A stretch of 64,000 nt of DNA from a virus. The notes under the pieces are model-generated. The model ran no database searches and was not told the origin of the DNA. It worked only from the letters and a program-made list of their open reading frames with translations. A program made the translations under genes and the position numbers. The stretch lies in the IMG/VR virus record IMGVR_UViG_3300029982_000012; one strand, 5' to 3'. Of this stretch, positions 1 through 10,206 are shown in pieces (the first letter of the stretch is position 1; each line of letters begins with the position of its first letter).

Positions 1-853
1 CACCACCACCAAAGGAACTACTACCACCTTGTCCACCGCCACCAGAACCTGAGTTAGGTATACCGGGAGTAGGAGAATTTACGCCCGTGCCTGGAACTGT
101 ATTGTTAAGTCCACCGCAACCTGCGCCGCCAAATGGAGTAACTCCACCGTTACCTCCGCCTGACGCTCCAGTTGCTCCGAATATCGATTGTGGATTACCA
201 GAGCCTCCTTGCAATGCTATCAATGCTACCGCAGGAGAATTTACAGTTACTGTACCACCGTTTGATATTCCGCCTGAGCCTGCTCCTCCACCGTTCGCGC
301 CACCACCACCATTAGCGGTTAATAAACTTGTTCCGAAAGTAGTCGCAGAACCATTGCTACCGGCGTTTGATGAACCGGCATTTTCTCCACCACCACCACC
401 ACCAACCATTTCAACTTGAATGAAGAGAACGTTTGCTGGAGTAGTATATGTTCCAGAACCTGATAAAAATCTTTGAACTGTTGGAGAATACGGACCTGCA
501 CCTGCTGCTGCAGAAGATGAAAGAACTGCCCAAGTACCTGCAGACGTAGCATTAGTTTGAAGAACGATGAAAAGGGATGTGTGTGCTGCAATGGTACTGT
601 AATTTGTTCCAAATGCATCGGTGAATGCTCCGCCGCCGTTAAACTCTAAGGTAAGGTTTCCAGTTGATTGATTGAATATTTCGTATTTTTGACCAACGAC
701 CATTGTAGTCGCGTTAGGCAAAACAATAGTTTGGGTTGTTGAACCCGTAAAAATTTCAATTTGTTTTGAGGTATTGACTAGCGTAGTTGTACCAGCCGCT
801 GTTGCGGTGATTGCGATCTGCTCTACTAAGCCTCCGAGTTGGAACGTAGCCAT
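1..853 (-). CDS. tail fibre / glycine-rich domain protein (3' end runs off window)
   Basis: ATG at 853, read manually (absent from ORF track): MATFQLGGLVEQIAIT...GSGTYTTPANVLFIQVEMVGGGGGG followed by Gly-rich repeats typical of phage fibre tips. Confidence 0.75.
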   Translation of the reverse strand, partial: MATFQLGGLVEQIAITATAAGTTTLVNTSKQIEIFTGSTTQTIVLPNATTMVVGQKYEIFNQSTGNLTLEFNGGGAFTDAFGTNYSTIAAHTSLFIVLQTNATSAGTWAVLSSSAAAGAGPYSPTVQRFLSGSGTYTTPANVLFIQVEMVGGGGGGENAGSSNAGSNGSATTFGTSLLTANGGGGANGGGAGSGGISNGGTVTVNSPAVALIALQGGSGNPQSIFGATGASGGGNGGVTPFGGAGCGGLNNTVPGTGVNSPTPGIPNSGSGGGGQGGSSSFGGG

Positions 854-866
854 AAAACTCCTTTAA

Positions 867-1406
867 TTACAGATATTTGAATCTGAATCCTTTTGTATGT
901 GAATAAATATTGTTACAAACTTTACTTACTGCAGATGGGTCCAAGCCCAAATATTTGGCCGCATTATTGGCAGAAACGTATTTCCTAGAATCATTAAAGC
1001 AAAGAACAGGTTTTGCACTACCAGAACTTTTACCCCAATTTGGATGCTTGGTTTTATCTGAAAGCATTTTTTTTCTAGATTCAGATTGTTTTCTTTTTGT
1101 TTCTTCAGAGCGTATTTTGTTTTTCCCACCTGATTCAGCATTGTATCCATTTGGAACTAAACTATTGAATTTATTAATATAAAATTGTTCTTTTTTATTT
1201 AAATCTTCCAAATCAACTGCCCTATCTACAAAATAAAAGTCAAAATTTTCAAATCCGTAACTAGCAACGGCATTATGGAACGGTAAATTATTGGTTCTTT
1301 TAGAGGCAGCATATTTATGCTCTCTAATGCGTTCGTTCAAACTCCTAATGGTTTGTCCTATATACGCCTTACCGTTAATTTTATTAACCGCTCTATAAAT
1401 AATCAT
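867..1406 (-). CDS. GIY-YIG homing endonuclease with NUMOD-like DNA-binding segments
   Basis: IIYRAVNKINGKAYIGQT...R..EH, GYN, EETKRKQSES, C-terminal HTH-like ANNAAKYLGL. Confidence 0.9.
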   Translation of the reverse strand: MIIYRAVNKINGKAYIGQTIRSLNERIREHKYAASKRTNNLPFHNAVASYGFENFDFYFVDRAVDLEDLNKKEQFYINKFNSLVPNGYNAESGGKNKIRSEETKRKQSESRKKMLSDKTKHPNWGKSSGSAKPVLCFNDSRKYVSANNAAKYLGLDPSAVSKVCNNIYSHTKGFRFKYL

Positions 1407-1447
1407 ATATCCTTACCTGTATATATATATCATAAGATTGTCGGCCC

Positions 1448-2497
1448 TTATTGAAATCCGGCAAGTTGCCATGCAACACGATAATTATTCGTATCTACGG
1501 GCATATTCCATTTAACGGTAAAGGTCGTAGTAGTCTTGTTTGTCACAGTAATTGGTTGAAATTGTGGGGTAGCGTCGGTATAATTAGCCAATTCTGCAGT
1601 AACTACATAACTACTTGAACTCATGGGAACATTTAAAGTAATGGTAGCCGTTACTTCGCCCATAGTTAAAGGAAATTCCCCTACTTGCTCGATTGTACCG
1701 GCACCAACTAAATAATCGAGTTTGTAATTTGCCGTATCTAGAGGCATATTCCAGGTAGCAGTGAATCCCGTAGTTGTTTTGTTGGTAATTGTAATCGGCT
1801 GAAATTCTGGATCAGGATCAGTAGTATTTACCAATTGTGCGATTACCACATAGGTATTACTGCCTTGAGGAGTAACAAAAGTAACATTTACAGTAGTAGT
1901 ACCTTGGCTTAGAGCGACCTCATTAGCTGCTCCGCCTCCGCCACCACCTGATCCGCCTCCACCAACAAATTGAAAAATAGTGCTTTGGGTAATATTTTGA
2001 ATGGTTCCAGCATTATTAAAAATTGTAATATATGCAAATGGAAGAGTGCTATTTAAAGGAGTGGGAATTGCTGCATCTGCCGCAATAGCATTAGGAGTAC
2101 CAGTAGTAGCAATTAAATTACCACTTTGATCCAGGGATAAAAGAACTTGCATGTACTCATTTGATGGCAAAGTAAGTAATGTAGAGCCCCCAGTTGAAGT
2201 CGTAATATTTCCACCGCTAGCAGAAGGAAAAGTTACTGTTCCAGAAGCGAAAGCAGGAATAACATTATTAATAAAAGAGATTGATCTATTTCTATTGGAT
2301 TCAGGATTTGAAACAATAGCTGGTCCAATATCTACTACTAGACTTGGAGTGCTTGTTGCATCAACTCTAAGTGGCACAGTAAGATCTGCATTAATTGAAG
2401 CAAGTAAAATATCTAAGGTTTCACCGGCAACATATGGGAATAGTTGCTGGAGGATCCCTCTATACTCTATCTGTCTTGCATCTAACTCGATACTCAT
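1448..2497 (-). CDS. tail fibre-associated protein with two tandem H-type-lectin/gp53-like beta domains
   Basis: Gly linker then two repeats of VTF...YVV.A.L.N.TD..P.FQPIT.TNKTTT.FT..WN; in fibre cluster. Confidence 0.65.
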   Translation of the reverse strand: MSIELDARQIEYRGILQQLFPYVAGETLDILLASINADLTVPLRVDATSTPSLVVDIGPAIVSNPESNRNRSISFINNVIPAFASGTVTFPSASGGNITTSTGGSTLLTLPSNEYMQVLLSLDQSGNLIATTGTPNAIAADAAIPTPLNSTLPFAYITIFNNAGTIQNITQSTIFQFVGGGGSGGGGGGAANEVALSQGTTTVNVTFVTPQGSNTYVVIAQLVNTTDPDPEFQPITITNKTTTGFTATWNMPLDTANYKLDYLVGAGTIEQVGEFPLTMGEVTATITLNVPMSSSSYVVTAELANYTDATPQFQPITVTNKTTTTFTVKWNMPVDTNNYRVAWQLAGFQ

Positions 2498-2514
2498 ATA
2501 AACCTTATATCACA

Positions 2515-5500
2515 TTAATTATTAACAATTGCTTGCCAAAATAATGAATAATTTGCAGTTGCTACAGGATAGTTCCATGTAGCGGTAAAACCGGTAGTTG
2601 ACTGTGCAGTTATAGTAATTGGTTGAAATTCTGGATTTGTATCTGTAGAATTAAACATATTGCAAGTAACTGAATAACTTGTACTTGGCAATCCTGAACT
2701 AAAAGTAACGGATACACTTGTACCAGCACTAGAAATTGCTTGAGAACCTGATCTGATACCCGCAGCAGTTAAAAGTTGAGCAGCGGTACTAGCAACCAAT
2801 AGGCCCGTAGAAGTAGCAGCAACAGGTCTTGTACCAGTACCAGCTAAACCTGCTATGGTCACATTTTGTGTACTGTCAACGGTAACTGCAGTTGTTAAGG
2901 TATTGGGAGTAGCTGCACTACTTCCAGCAGCAGGAGCCGTTTGGATTATTACAGATCCGCCTGCACCCGTACCAGTAGAGTTACCACCAGCGATGGTCAT
3001 AGTTGCACCGGCAGTATTGCTTGTGCCTGTTATGATAGGAGAAGGTTGAATAGATGCATTGGTCGCAGTTGCACTTCCTTTAGCGCCTTGACCAAGAAAC
3101 ATGCTACTGATAGGTACTGTAGGTGAACCAATACTAAATTGACTTGCTGCTGTCGTTGTAGCTGTTGCTGTAATGCTACCAATACTGCCCAATGCTATGG
3201 AGGCAAAAGCGTTCTTTTGTCCAGAACCGATAGCGATACCATCTGTTTCAGAAGAAGTTGTAGAACCAATCGCAATAGTCCTAAGTGAACTAGCTGAGTT
3301 TGAATTAGCGGTAAAGCCTAGGAATACGTTATCGTGACCTGATGTTAAGGTTCCACCAGTCGTAGAGCCAACGGCTGTATTTTGTGCTCCAGTAGTAATT
3401 GTTCCAATTAAGTTTGGTAGTGATCCAAAACCGATAGCGGTATTATCTGTAGCAACCGTATTGCTACCCAATGCAGAAGAACCTACTGCTGTATTGTCTG
3501 TACCCTGTGTATTATTGCCAAGTGCATTTTGTCCAATAGCAACGATCGTACCTGTAGTATTTGATGCACCGGCCAAATTTCCTACTGCTGTATTATTCGC
3601 TGCAGTATTGAGTTGTAAGGCGGCAGAACCTATCGCGGTATTGCCATTATGGGTGGTTACAGCGGCAAGTGCGTTTTGTCCAATAGCAGTATTATCGGTC
3701 CCACTTGAAACAAGTATTCCGGCATCCCAACCAAAAAAACTGTTGTTTCCGCCTGCTGCTAGAGCATTACCTGCAGAAACACCTACAACGGTGTTGTGAC
3801 CGCCTGTAAAAGATAGAGTGGTGTTAGTTCCACCGTATACAGAAGTATTACTAGATAAATATAAGAATCCATTACTACTTGCAGCAGTTGCCCATGCTGG
3901 TACTCCAGAAACTACTGTTAATACTTGACCAGTGGTACCGATAGCAAGTCTAGATGCGGTATTGGTTGCAGACTCATATTCTATATCACCGGTAGTAGTC
4001 ATCGGTGATAGTGCATTATATGCCGCTGCAGCAGTAGTTTGTCCAGTACCACCATTTGCTATTGGAAGAGCCGTTCCAGAAAGAGTGACCGCTAAAGTTC
4101 CAGAAGTAGTAATGGGAGAACCAGAAACACTTAAAAAAGAAGGAACGCTTAAAGCAACGCTGGTAACTGTCCCATTAGTAGCAGGATTTACCCAAGCAGG
4201 GAGACCAGAAACTACCGTCAATACTTGGCCGGTAGATCCAATTGCTAATCTAGCCGGAGCAGGAGTTGCATTTTCATAAATAATATCACCGGCAGTTGTA
4301 AGAGGAGATAAAGCAACAAATGCTGACGCTGCGGTAGTTTGGCCAGTTCCGCCATGTGCAATTGCAATTGTTGTCCCATTCCAAGTACCAGAAGTAATGG
4401 TTCCAACAGATGATAGGCTTGATGCTGTTGTTAAGGCTGAAAGTGTGGTTAAAGTTGCATTGCTAGTTGCAACCAAAGAAGTTGCATTTCCAACTGAAGT
4501 TACGTTTCCAGTTAAGTTAGCGTTGGTAGTTACTGTACCAGCAGTAAAACTAGCAGCAGTTCCAGTGATATTTGTACCGACCAATGTGCTTGGGGTACCT
4601 AAATTTGGGGTAACTAATGTTGGAGACGTTGCGAGTACGACTGCTCCAGAACCAGTAGTTGAGGCAGCGGAAATTGCTGTTCCGTTACCCTGTAAAATAC
4701 CGGTAATAGTGGTGGATACAGTTAAAGTTGTTCCGCTATATGTTCCTGCAAAACCATTTGCCGATGCCATCGACATAATTACTGCGCCATAAGCTCCATT
4801 GACAGAACTTACACCAGCAGCAGGGGTAGTGAGTTCCCATGCAGTACCGTTATAAATCGCTAGATCACCTACAGAGAAATTAAGACTAGCGCCACCGAAT
4901 GCACCAGCTACTATTCCATTAAAGGCAGTACTTACGTAATAAACTTGACCAGTAGTACCTGTTCCATCTGCAAGCGCTGGAACGTTAGTCGCTGGATCGT
5001 AAAGACCCTGGTAAACAAACACGCCATTTGGCAACTGGGCGACTGGAACTTTTCCGCCGCTATCTAATGACGCAACGCCATTTGCGGCTCCCACTTCAGA
5101 TTGCGTAACGTAAGTAGCGGATAGGCTCGGAATATCAGCGGCTACTAAAGCGCGGAAAGTGGGTTCAGCAGCAGAACCAGAACTTGGACCAGCAAATACC
5201 TTATTTGCCGTCTGAGTTTCTAAAGTAAGTGTCAAATTACCGGTGCTAGTAATTGGACTATTCGAAATCGCATAGATCGGAGTAGTACTCGCATCGGCTA
5301 AACCAACAGAAGAAACTGTACCGCTAGTCGCTGGAGTTTCCCAAGCAGGAACACCCGAAACAACGGTTAAAATTTGCCCAGTCGAACCAATTGGAAGACG
5401 TGCTGGGGCAGGAGTTGCATTTTCATAGATGATGTCTCCTTTTGTAGTCATTAGACCAGATGAAATCGTGGTCGTATCTACATAATTTTTAGTTGCTGCA

Positions 5501-6798
5501 CCTTGTGCAGTGGTAGGATCAGCCATGTTGGTGATCTGATTTGCACCCATGTTGATCGCGCCTGACATTGTTCCGCCTGAAAGCAGAAGGTAAGTTGCAG
5601 ATAAACTAGGAATATCAGCAGCAACCAGAGACCTAAATGTAGGTTGTGCAGCGCTTCCTGAGGAAGGTCCTGCGAAGACAGTATTCGCAGATTGAGTAGT
5701 AAGAGTCTGAGTTAAGGTACCTGAACTAGTTACTGGAGAGCCAGAAATACTATAGATTGGGGTTGTACTTGCATCAGCAAAAGCTACTGAAGTAACACCC
5801 GTAGCCGGTGCATTCGCCCATGCCGGTAAACCAGAAACGACTGTTAATATTTGACCGGTTGAACCAATACCAAGTCTTGCAGCTCCAGGAGTTGAATTTT
5901 CGTAAATAATATCGCCAGCGGTCGTCATTGGATTCGTAAATCCGCCCGAAGCCGCTTGCCATGTTGGATTCGCTCCAGCGCCATTAGATGTGAGGACGAA
6001 ACCTGAAGTTCCAAGTCCAGAAACTTGTTCTAATGGACCAGTAGAAGTTGTTCCGCCTACTATGACGGCATATGGAGTGAAAGCTTCTTGTCCAGTTCCA
6101 CCTTCAGGAACTGTAAGCGGAAGTTCTGTAGGACTTCCTCCTCCACCAATCCCCATCATTTGCCCGTCAATCCAAATATTTGTGGTTGACATTACGATAC
6201 CGATTTTAAGATCGGCTTCGCTACCACCACTAGGGGCAACTACGCTAAACGCACCATCGGTTGTTAGCCAAACAGGGTCACCGGTATTAATTACATTAAA
6301 TGGGGTGTCCGAAGAACCTAAGGTATAAGAACCAAAAGAATAAACCGTGATATTTTGGCCAGCAGTAACGGCTGTTGTGGAGAATGCAATCCCGATTCCC
6401 CAGAATTCATCCATGCTTACAGTACTATAGTCAGCTTTATATACTGTATCTGTAGTTTCTGAAAGTGAATTCATTGCCCAACGAACAACAAATGAAGTAT
6501 TAGCGGCAAAATTTTCGCCAGCAGTAAAAACATTGGAAATAGCAGGACAACTAGAGACTGGGGACCAGGTTAGATTACCCGAACCATCATTTTGAAGAAA
6601 AGAAGAGGCTGCACCTTGAGCTCCTGGGAGACTAACTGAATACGCGCTTCCCGTGGCAGAAGCATTGATAGTAACACTTCCAGAAGTAGAACCTACTAGT
6701 TCTATAGCTGAAGTGCCCAAAACATTTCCGCTTACGGAGAAATCTACTGTTCTTGGAACTCCGTTAATAAGCGATAAAATTTTACTATAAACAGTCAT
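2515..6798 (-). CDS. long tail fibre protein
   Basis: S/T/G/A-rich; MTT.GDI.Y...RL.IG.TGQ.LTV repeats, NTAIG..AL beta-roll repeats, C-terminal lectin-like domain; start placed at MTVYSK after GGAG RBS. Confidence 0.85.
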   Translation of the reverse strand: MTVYSKILSLINGVPRTVDFSVSGNVLGTSAIELVGSTSGSVTINASATGSAYSVSLPGAQGAASSFLQNDGSGNLTWSPVSSCPAISNVFTAGENFAANTSFVVRWAMNSLSETTDTVYKADYSTVSMDEFWGIGIAFSTTAVTAGQNITVYSFGSYTLGSSDTPFNVINTGDPVWLTTDGAFSVVAPSGGSEADLKIGIVMSTTNIWIDGQMMGIGGGGSPTELPLTVPEGGTGQEAFTPYAVIVGGTTSTGPLEQVSGLGTSGFVLTSNGAGANPTWQAASGGFTNPMTTAGDIIYENSTPGAARLGIGSTGQILTVVSGLPAWANAPATGVTSVAFADASTTPIYSISGSPVTSSGTLTQTLTTQSANTVFAGPSSGSAAQPTFRSLVAADIPSLSATYLLLSGGTMSGAINMGANQITNMADPTTAQGAATKNYVDTTTISSGLMTTKGDIIYENATPAPARLPIGSTGQILTVVSGVPAWETPATSGTVSSVGLADASTTPIYAISNSPITSTGNLTLTLETQTANKVFAGPSSGSAAEPTFRALVAADIPSLSATYVTQSEVGAANGVASLDSGGKVPVAQLPNGVFVYQGLYDPATNVPALADGTGTTGQVYYVSTAFNGIVAGAFGGASLNFSVGDLAIYNGTAWELTTPAAGVSSVNGAYGAVIMSMASANGFAGTYSGTTLTVSTTITGILQGNGTAISAASTTGSGAVVLATSPTLVTPNLGTPSTLVGTNITGTAASFTAGTVTTNANLTGNVTSVGNATSLVATSNATLTTLSALTTASSLSSVGTITSGTWNGTTIAIAHGGTGQTTAASAFVALSPLTTAGDIIYENATPAPARLAIGSTGQVLTVVSGLPAWVNPATNGTVTSVALSVPSFLSVSGSPITTSGTLAVTLSGTALPIANGGTGQTTAAAAYNALSPMTTTGDIEYESATNTASRLAIGTTGQVLTVVSGVPAWATAASSNGFLYLSSNTSVYGGTNTTLSFTGGHNTVVGVSAGNALAAGGNNSFFGWDAGILVSSGTDNTAIGQNALAAVTTHNGNTAIGSAALQLNTAANNTAVGNLAGASNTTGTIVAIGQNALGNNTQGTDNTAVGSSALGSNTVATDNTAIGFGSLPNLIGTITTGAQNTAVGSTTGGTLTSGHDNVFLGFTANSNSASSLRTIAIGSTTSSETDGIAIGSGQKNAFASIALGSIGSITATATTTAASQFSIGSPTVPISSMFLGQGAKGSATATNASIQPSPIITGTSNTAGATMTIAGGNSTGTGAGGSVIIQTAPAAGSSAATPNTLTTAVTVDSTQNVTIAGLAGTGTRPVAATSTGLLVASTAAQLLTAAGIRSGSQAISSAGTSVSVTFSSGLPSTSYSVTCNMFNSTDTNPEFQPITITAQSTTGFTATWNYPVATANYSLFWQAIVNN

Positions 6799-6861
6799 CT
6801 TTGGCTCCAACTATGGTGTGATTAATTTCACCTTATACTTCATATATCATGGAAAATAAAG

Positions 6862-6892
6862 TGGGGGCCACATTCTATAGGAGTGGCCCCCA
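6862..6892 (-). terminator. intrinsic terminator
   Basis: TGGGGGCCAC-loop-GTGGCCCCCA followed by CTTTATTTT on minus strand, just after stop at 6900. Confidence 0.8.
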
Positions 6893-6899
6893 GTTATTA

Positions 6900-9641
6900 T
6901 TAAGCAATTCCCATCATCTGCCCGTTGACAAATATGGTGGTCGTAGTTTCCATCATTCCAACTTTGAAATTGGCATATCCAGAAGTAGAAGGAGGGGTCA
7001 TAGTAAAAGTACCAGCAGAAGACAAGTAAGCTGGTTTACCTGCAACTGCAGTACCAGTAAACGCTGTATCTCCTGATCCGAAAGTATAAGTTCCTAATGA
7101 AACTACATCGATAGGACTTCCTTGGGCAACACCGGCAGCAGAGAATGCGATACCGATAACCCAAAAATTATCTGTAGTATTAGCGTTATCACTAGCTGCG
7201 ACAACTTGTCCGGCCACAAATCCTGAATCGCCAGACATTGACATACGAACTGCATAACTGGTGTTAGCTGCGAATGTTTGACCCGCAATGAACATTTGAC
7301 TAGTAACTGGAGAACTTGCAACATATGCAGGAGTTCCAGCACCGCCCATAATAGTAACTTGGTCAAATGCACCAGTCGCTAATTGGGTAGCAGAAACACC
7401 GGCAGCCTTGATTTCAAGGGTCCCACCAGCACCACTTTGATCAAGGGTGACGCCATCAGTAACAGTTCCTAATTTAGAAGCCGTTACTTTACCAGCACCA
7501 ATAGTCGTAACACCAGCATTGCTGATGGTTACATCGCCAGTAGGTGTAACTGCTGCTGCAACGTTTGAGCCATTGCCGACAAAAATTTCACCAGAAGCTA
7601 ATACGGAAGTAAGTTTGTTGTTGAATGTCGTCCAATCAGTTGATGACAAATAACCGTTTTGAGAGCCGCTCGCTTGCGCTTGAGCGATTGAAGTTCCAGA
7701 TCCAATAACTGCACCTATACCATTGGTAACGATGATGCCATCAGTTCCAACGTCGGTAAGATTACCAAATGTCAGGGCAGATTGTTTATTGTTGAAGGTA
7801 GTCCAATCAGCAGAATCTAAGGCTCCGTTTGTAGAACCTGATGCTAATGCCAAAGATAGGATTTGACCAGAAAGACTTAGACCATTTGCAGTACCGATTG
7901 TGACATCGCCAGTATTGGTTCCACTTGAACTTCCAGAGAAGTTAGAAGCAGAAATCGCACCAGAGAAGTTAGAGGCTGCTGCAGTAATAGTTCCAGTGAA
8001 AGTAGGACTTGCACTGAAAACGACGTTTCCGCTACCTGTTGTTCCACTAACAGTTGTTCCTTGGATTTTTGCAACTGTTGCGGCTTCGGATTGTGATCCG
8101 CTAGCAGCACTTGTAGTTACATCACCAGTTAATTGATTAATCGCATTAACTGTTACGGCACCTTGAGATCCGTTAACGCTACTGACACCAGCAGCTGGGG
8201 TAACAAGTACCCATGCTGAACCATTGTAAATAACGAGATCGCCAATTTGGAAATTGGTCATCGAAGGATCGTTTAATCCGCTTACTGGACTTGCATCAGC
8301 AGCAGATACCCAATAAGTATAACCAGTAACGCCTGTACCATCTACGAGGGTAGGTGTATTGGTATTTGGATTCCAGTTACCTTTGAACTCCATGAGAGTA
8401 GCAGGGAGTTGGGAAAGAGGAACTTTTCCGCTTCCATCCAAAGAAGCTACGCCAGATGCTGCGCCGACTTCGGATTGAAGAACGTAAGTCGCAGATAATG
8501 AAGGAATATCAGCGGCTACTAAAGCTCTAAATGTAGGTTGTGCTGCACTTCCTGAAGCAGGACCGGCGAACACTGCATTCGCGGATTGCGTTTCAAGAGT
8601 AATAGCAAGAGTTCCAGTGCTTGTAACTGGGCTACCACTGATAGAATAGATCGGAGTAGTGCTATCATCAGCAAAAGCAACGCTGGTAACTGTACCGCTA
8701 GTCGCTGGACTTGCCCATGAAGGGGTACCACTACCAGAAACGGTGAGAACTTGGCCAGTAGTACCAATAGCGAGTCTAGATGCAGTATTAGTTGCACTTT
8801 CATACTCGATATCGCCTTTTGTGGTCATTGGGCTTAAAGCATTATATGCTGCAGCAGCCGTTGATTGGCCAGTACCACCGTTTGCAATTGGAAGAATTCC
8901 AGATACTTGGCTAGTAAGAGCAATAGATCCAGATAATTGTGAAGTAGGTAAACTTAATGCTGAAAGAGTCGTTAAAGTTGAATTGGATGTAGCAACTAAA
9001 CTAGTGGCAAAACTACCAGCAGTTGTTGTAATGTCACCAGTCAATGCTGGGAAATTTGAAGCCTGGATAGTCCCAGTTAACTGAGAGGTTGGGAGACTTA
9101 AACTTGACAGAGTAGTCAATGTTGAATTGCTAGTTGCTGTAATGTTTGAAGCAGTACCGGTCGTATTCTGATTTAAAGTAGGAATATCAGCGGCTACAAT
9201 TGCTCTAAATGTAGGAGCGCCACTTGATCCATTAGGAGCAGCAAAGAATGTATTGGCAGCCTGACTAGCAAGAACAGCTGTCAAAGTACCACTAGAAGTA
9301 ATTGGGGAAACCGTAACCGTGAAAACGCTAGAAGGAAGACTAAGGCCTACGCTGGTAACTGAACCGGCAGAAGCACTGGCCCAACTTAATACGCCTGTTC
9401 CATCGTTGGATAATACGTAACCAGAAGAAGCCGCCTGAGCAGGTGGCAATGTGAGTGTATAGGTACTTGTTACTGCTGAAGCATTGAGAATTACATTTCC
9501 CGATGTAGAGCCATTTAATTCGATATTACCGGATACATCTAAGCCCCCAGCAACGGTTAAGATGTTGTTAGCATTGGAGAAATCGACCGTTCGAGGTACG
9601 CCGTTAATAAGCGATAAAAGCTTAGATACATAATTTGCCAT
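6900..9641 (-). CDS. tail fibre protein, paralog of 2515-6798
   Basis: Same N-terminus (SK.LSLINGVPRTVDFS) and shared GP.SGSAAQPTFR.LVAADIP and GVASLD..GKVP modules. Confidence 0.85.
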   Translation of the reverse strand: MANYVSKLLSLINGVPRTVDFSNANNILTVAGGLDVSGNIELNGSTSGNVILNASAVTSTYTLTLPPAQAASSGYVLSNDGTGVLSWASASAGSVTSVGLSLPSSVFTVTVSPITSSGTLTAVLASQAANTFFAAPNGSSGAPTFRAIVAADIPTLNQNTTGTASNITATSNSTLTTLSSLSLPTSQLTGTIQASNFPALTGDITTTAGSFATSLVATSNSTLTTLSALSLPTSQLSGSIALTSQVSGILPIANGGTGQSTAAAAYNALSPMTTKGDIEYESATNTASRLAIGTTGQVLTVSGSGTPSWASPATSGTVTSVAFADDSTTPIYSISGSPVTSTGTLAITLETQSANAVFAGPASGSAAQPTFRALVAADIPSLSATYVLQSEVGAASGVASLDGSGKVPLSQLPATLMEFKGNWNPNTNTPTLVDGTGVTGYTYWVSAADASPVSGLNDPSMTNFQIGDLVIYNGSAWVLVTPAAGVSSVNGSQGAVTVNAINQLTGDVTTSAASGSQSEAATVAKIQGTTVSGTTGSGNVVFSASPTFTGTITAAASNFSGAISASNFSGSSSGTNTGDVTIGTANGLSLSGQILSLALASGSTNGALDSADWTTFNNKQSALTFGNLTDVGTDGIIVTNGIGAVIGSGTSIAQAQASGSQNGYLSSTDWTTFNNKLTSVLASGEIFVGNGSNVAAAVTPTGDVTISNAGVTTIGAGKVTASKLGTVTDGVTLDQSGAGGTLEIKAAGVSATQLATGAFDQVTIMGGAGTPAYVASSPVTSQMFIAGQTFAANTSYAVRMSMSGDSGFVAGQVVAASDNANTTDNFWVIGIAFSAAGVAQGSPIDVVSLGTYTFGSGDTAFTGTAVAGKPAYLSSAGTFTMTPPSTSGYANFKVGMMETTTTIFVNGQMMGIA

Positions 9642-9755
9642 TTGTTATATTTCCTTTAAGATAATTTCTCCAGTTTATTTCTATAAATTTAAGATTGTGG
9701 TGCTTCCTGGGGCCTATTTAAAAACTAAAATAAATTAATAACTTACAAAAATACT

Positions 9756-10205
9756 CTACAATGTTGCTACCATTTGAGTAAATAGGGCTATATCTATCTC
9801 AGAAGGATTGGCTTCATTAGGGACTAAAACGCCCATAAAAATTACCATATCGCCGCTTACAAACCCATTTACTCCAACTGAAGGAATGATATTTGTAGGA
9901 TTTCCGTTCGTATCTATATAAAGCGCGGTTCCAATGGCATAAGAAGTGGTGATATTCTGTAAGCGACCATTTGCGATAATTGGTCCTTGAGCAGAAGCTG
10001 GTATGCGGACATTAGCGTAACCCACGAAATTTTGCCAACTTGCCTGATTTGAAACATCCAAAGGAACTAATGTTCCTGAATTGTTAATTGAACACGCCTG
10101 AGCTTGAGGAATCGCAACGCTCGCTGAAAAATTGGTATAATCAGTTACTAGTGAAGTTGCACTACCTAAACTCTCTGGATTAAAACTGAAAGGAGTATAT
10201 GACAT
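9756..10205 (-). CDS. virion structural protein (DUF2190/cement-like fold)
   Basis: FVG.A...GRL...IGTALYID..G...P...MG pattern; start moved to MSYTP directly after upstream stop. Confidence 0.55.
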   Translation of the reverse strand: MSYTPFSFNPESLGSATSLVTDYTNFSASVAIPQAQACSINNSGTLVPLDVSNQASWQNFVGYANVRIPASAQGPIIANGRLQNITTSYAIGTALYIDTNGNPTNIIPSVGVNGFVSGDMVIFMGVLVPNEANPSEIDIALFTQMVATL

Positions 10206-10206
10206 A

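Noticed and set aside
1420-1430. (TA)n microsatellite
   Set aside because: Short and expected in AT-rich intergenic DNA.
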